NCBI GenBank assembly: GCA_977030845.1
Contig: OZ365116.1
Coordinates: 16,492,001 to 16,556,000, forward strand
Length of the DNA: 64,000 nucleotides
Reading direction: 5' to 3'
Origin: Fimbriosthenelais zetlandica
Lineage: Eukaryota
Made by a program: the position numbers and the translations under genes. Below, one piece after another: positions 63,801 through 64,000 of this stretch. The notes under the pieces were generated by a model. The model worked only from the letters and a program-made list of their open reading frames with translations. It searched no databases and was not told where the DNA came from. Positions within the stretch are counted from its first letter, which is position 1, and each line of letters begins with the position of its first letter.

Positions 63801-64000
63801 TGGTAGGGGGACTCCACAGCCAGACAGTCGTAATAAATTTCAGACACGACGGTCAAAAGCAATGAAGCTAAGGGGAGCATGCATAAAGCATGTGGCTGGA
63901 GAGGCGTCTGTGCGGCACATTAAATTGATGGAGAAATAGCCTGCTCCTCTTCCAATTCCATGAATGCAGGTCCAGACTCGCTGAGATATAAAGGCAATGC

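Overview
This looks like non-genic, AT-leaning eukaryotic DNA, most likely from an anamniote vertebrate. The transposon mix is amphibian-like, but the host is an inference. I found no intact protein-coding gene, rRNA, true tRNA or CRISPR array, and the longest ORF is only 140 aa. Much of the window reads as a mosaic of heavily decayed mobile elements. About 30 Penelope-like (RT + GIY-YIG) fragments dominate, on both strands. They are mixed with CR1-type and L1/Tx1-type LINE RT fragments, Ngaro-type DIRS fragments, PIF/Harbinger transposase and Myb/SANT fragments, Tc1-type transposase fragments and several tRNA-derived SINE heads, one with a MetaSINE-like body. The only young, homogeneous feature is a 37-bp minisatellite at ~20.47-21.06 kb. 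All TE calls come from by-eye matching of translated, often frameshifted motifs to family consensus motifs recalled from memory, with no database search, and fragment boundaries are approximate. I cannot support a genuinely new biological system here. The best leads are the extreme Penelope density with alternating and nested fossils, the MetaSINE-like copy, a two-gene Harbinger fossil, a possible YR+SGNH Ngaro fossil, and the structured minisatellite.
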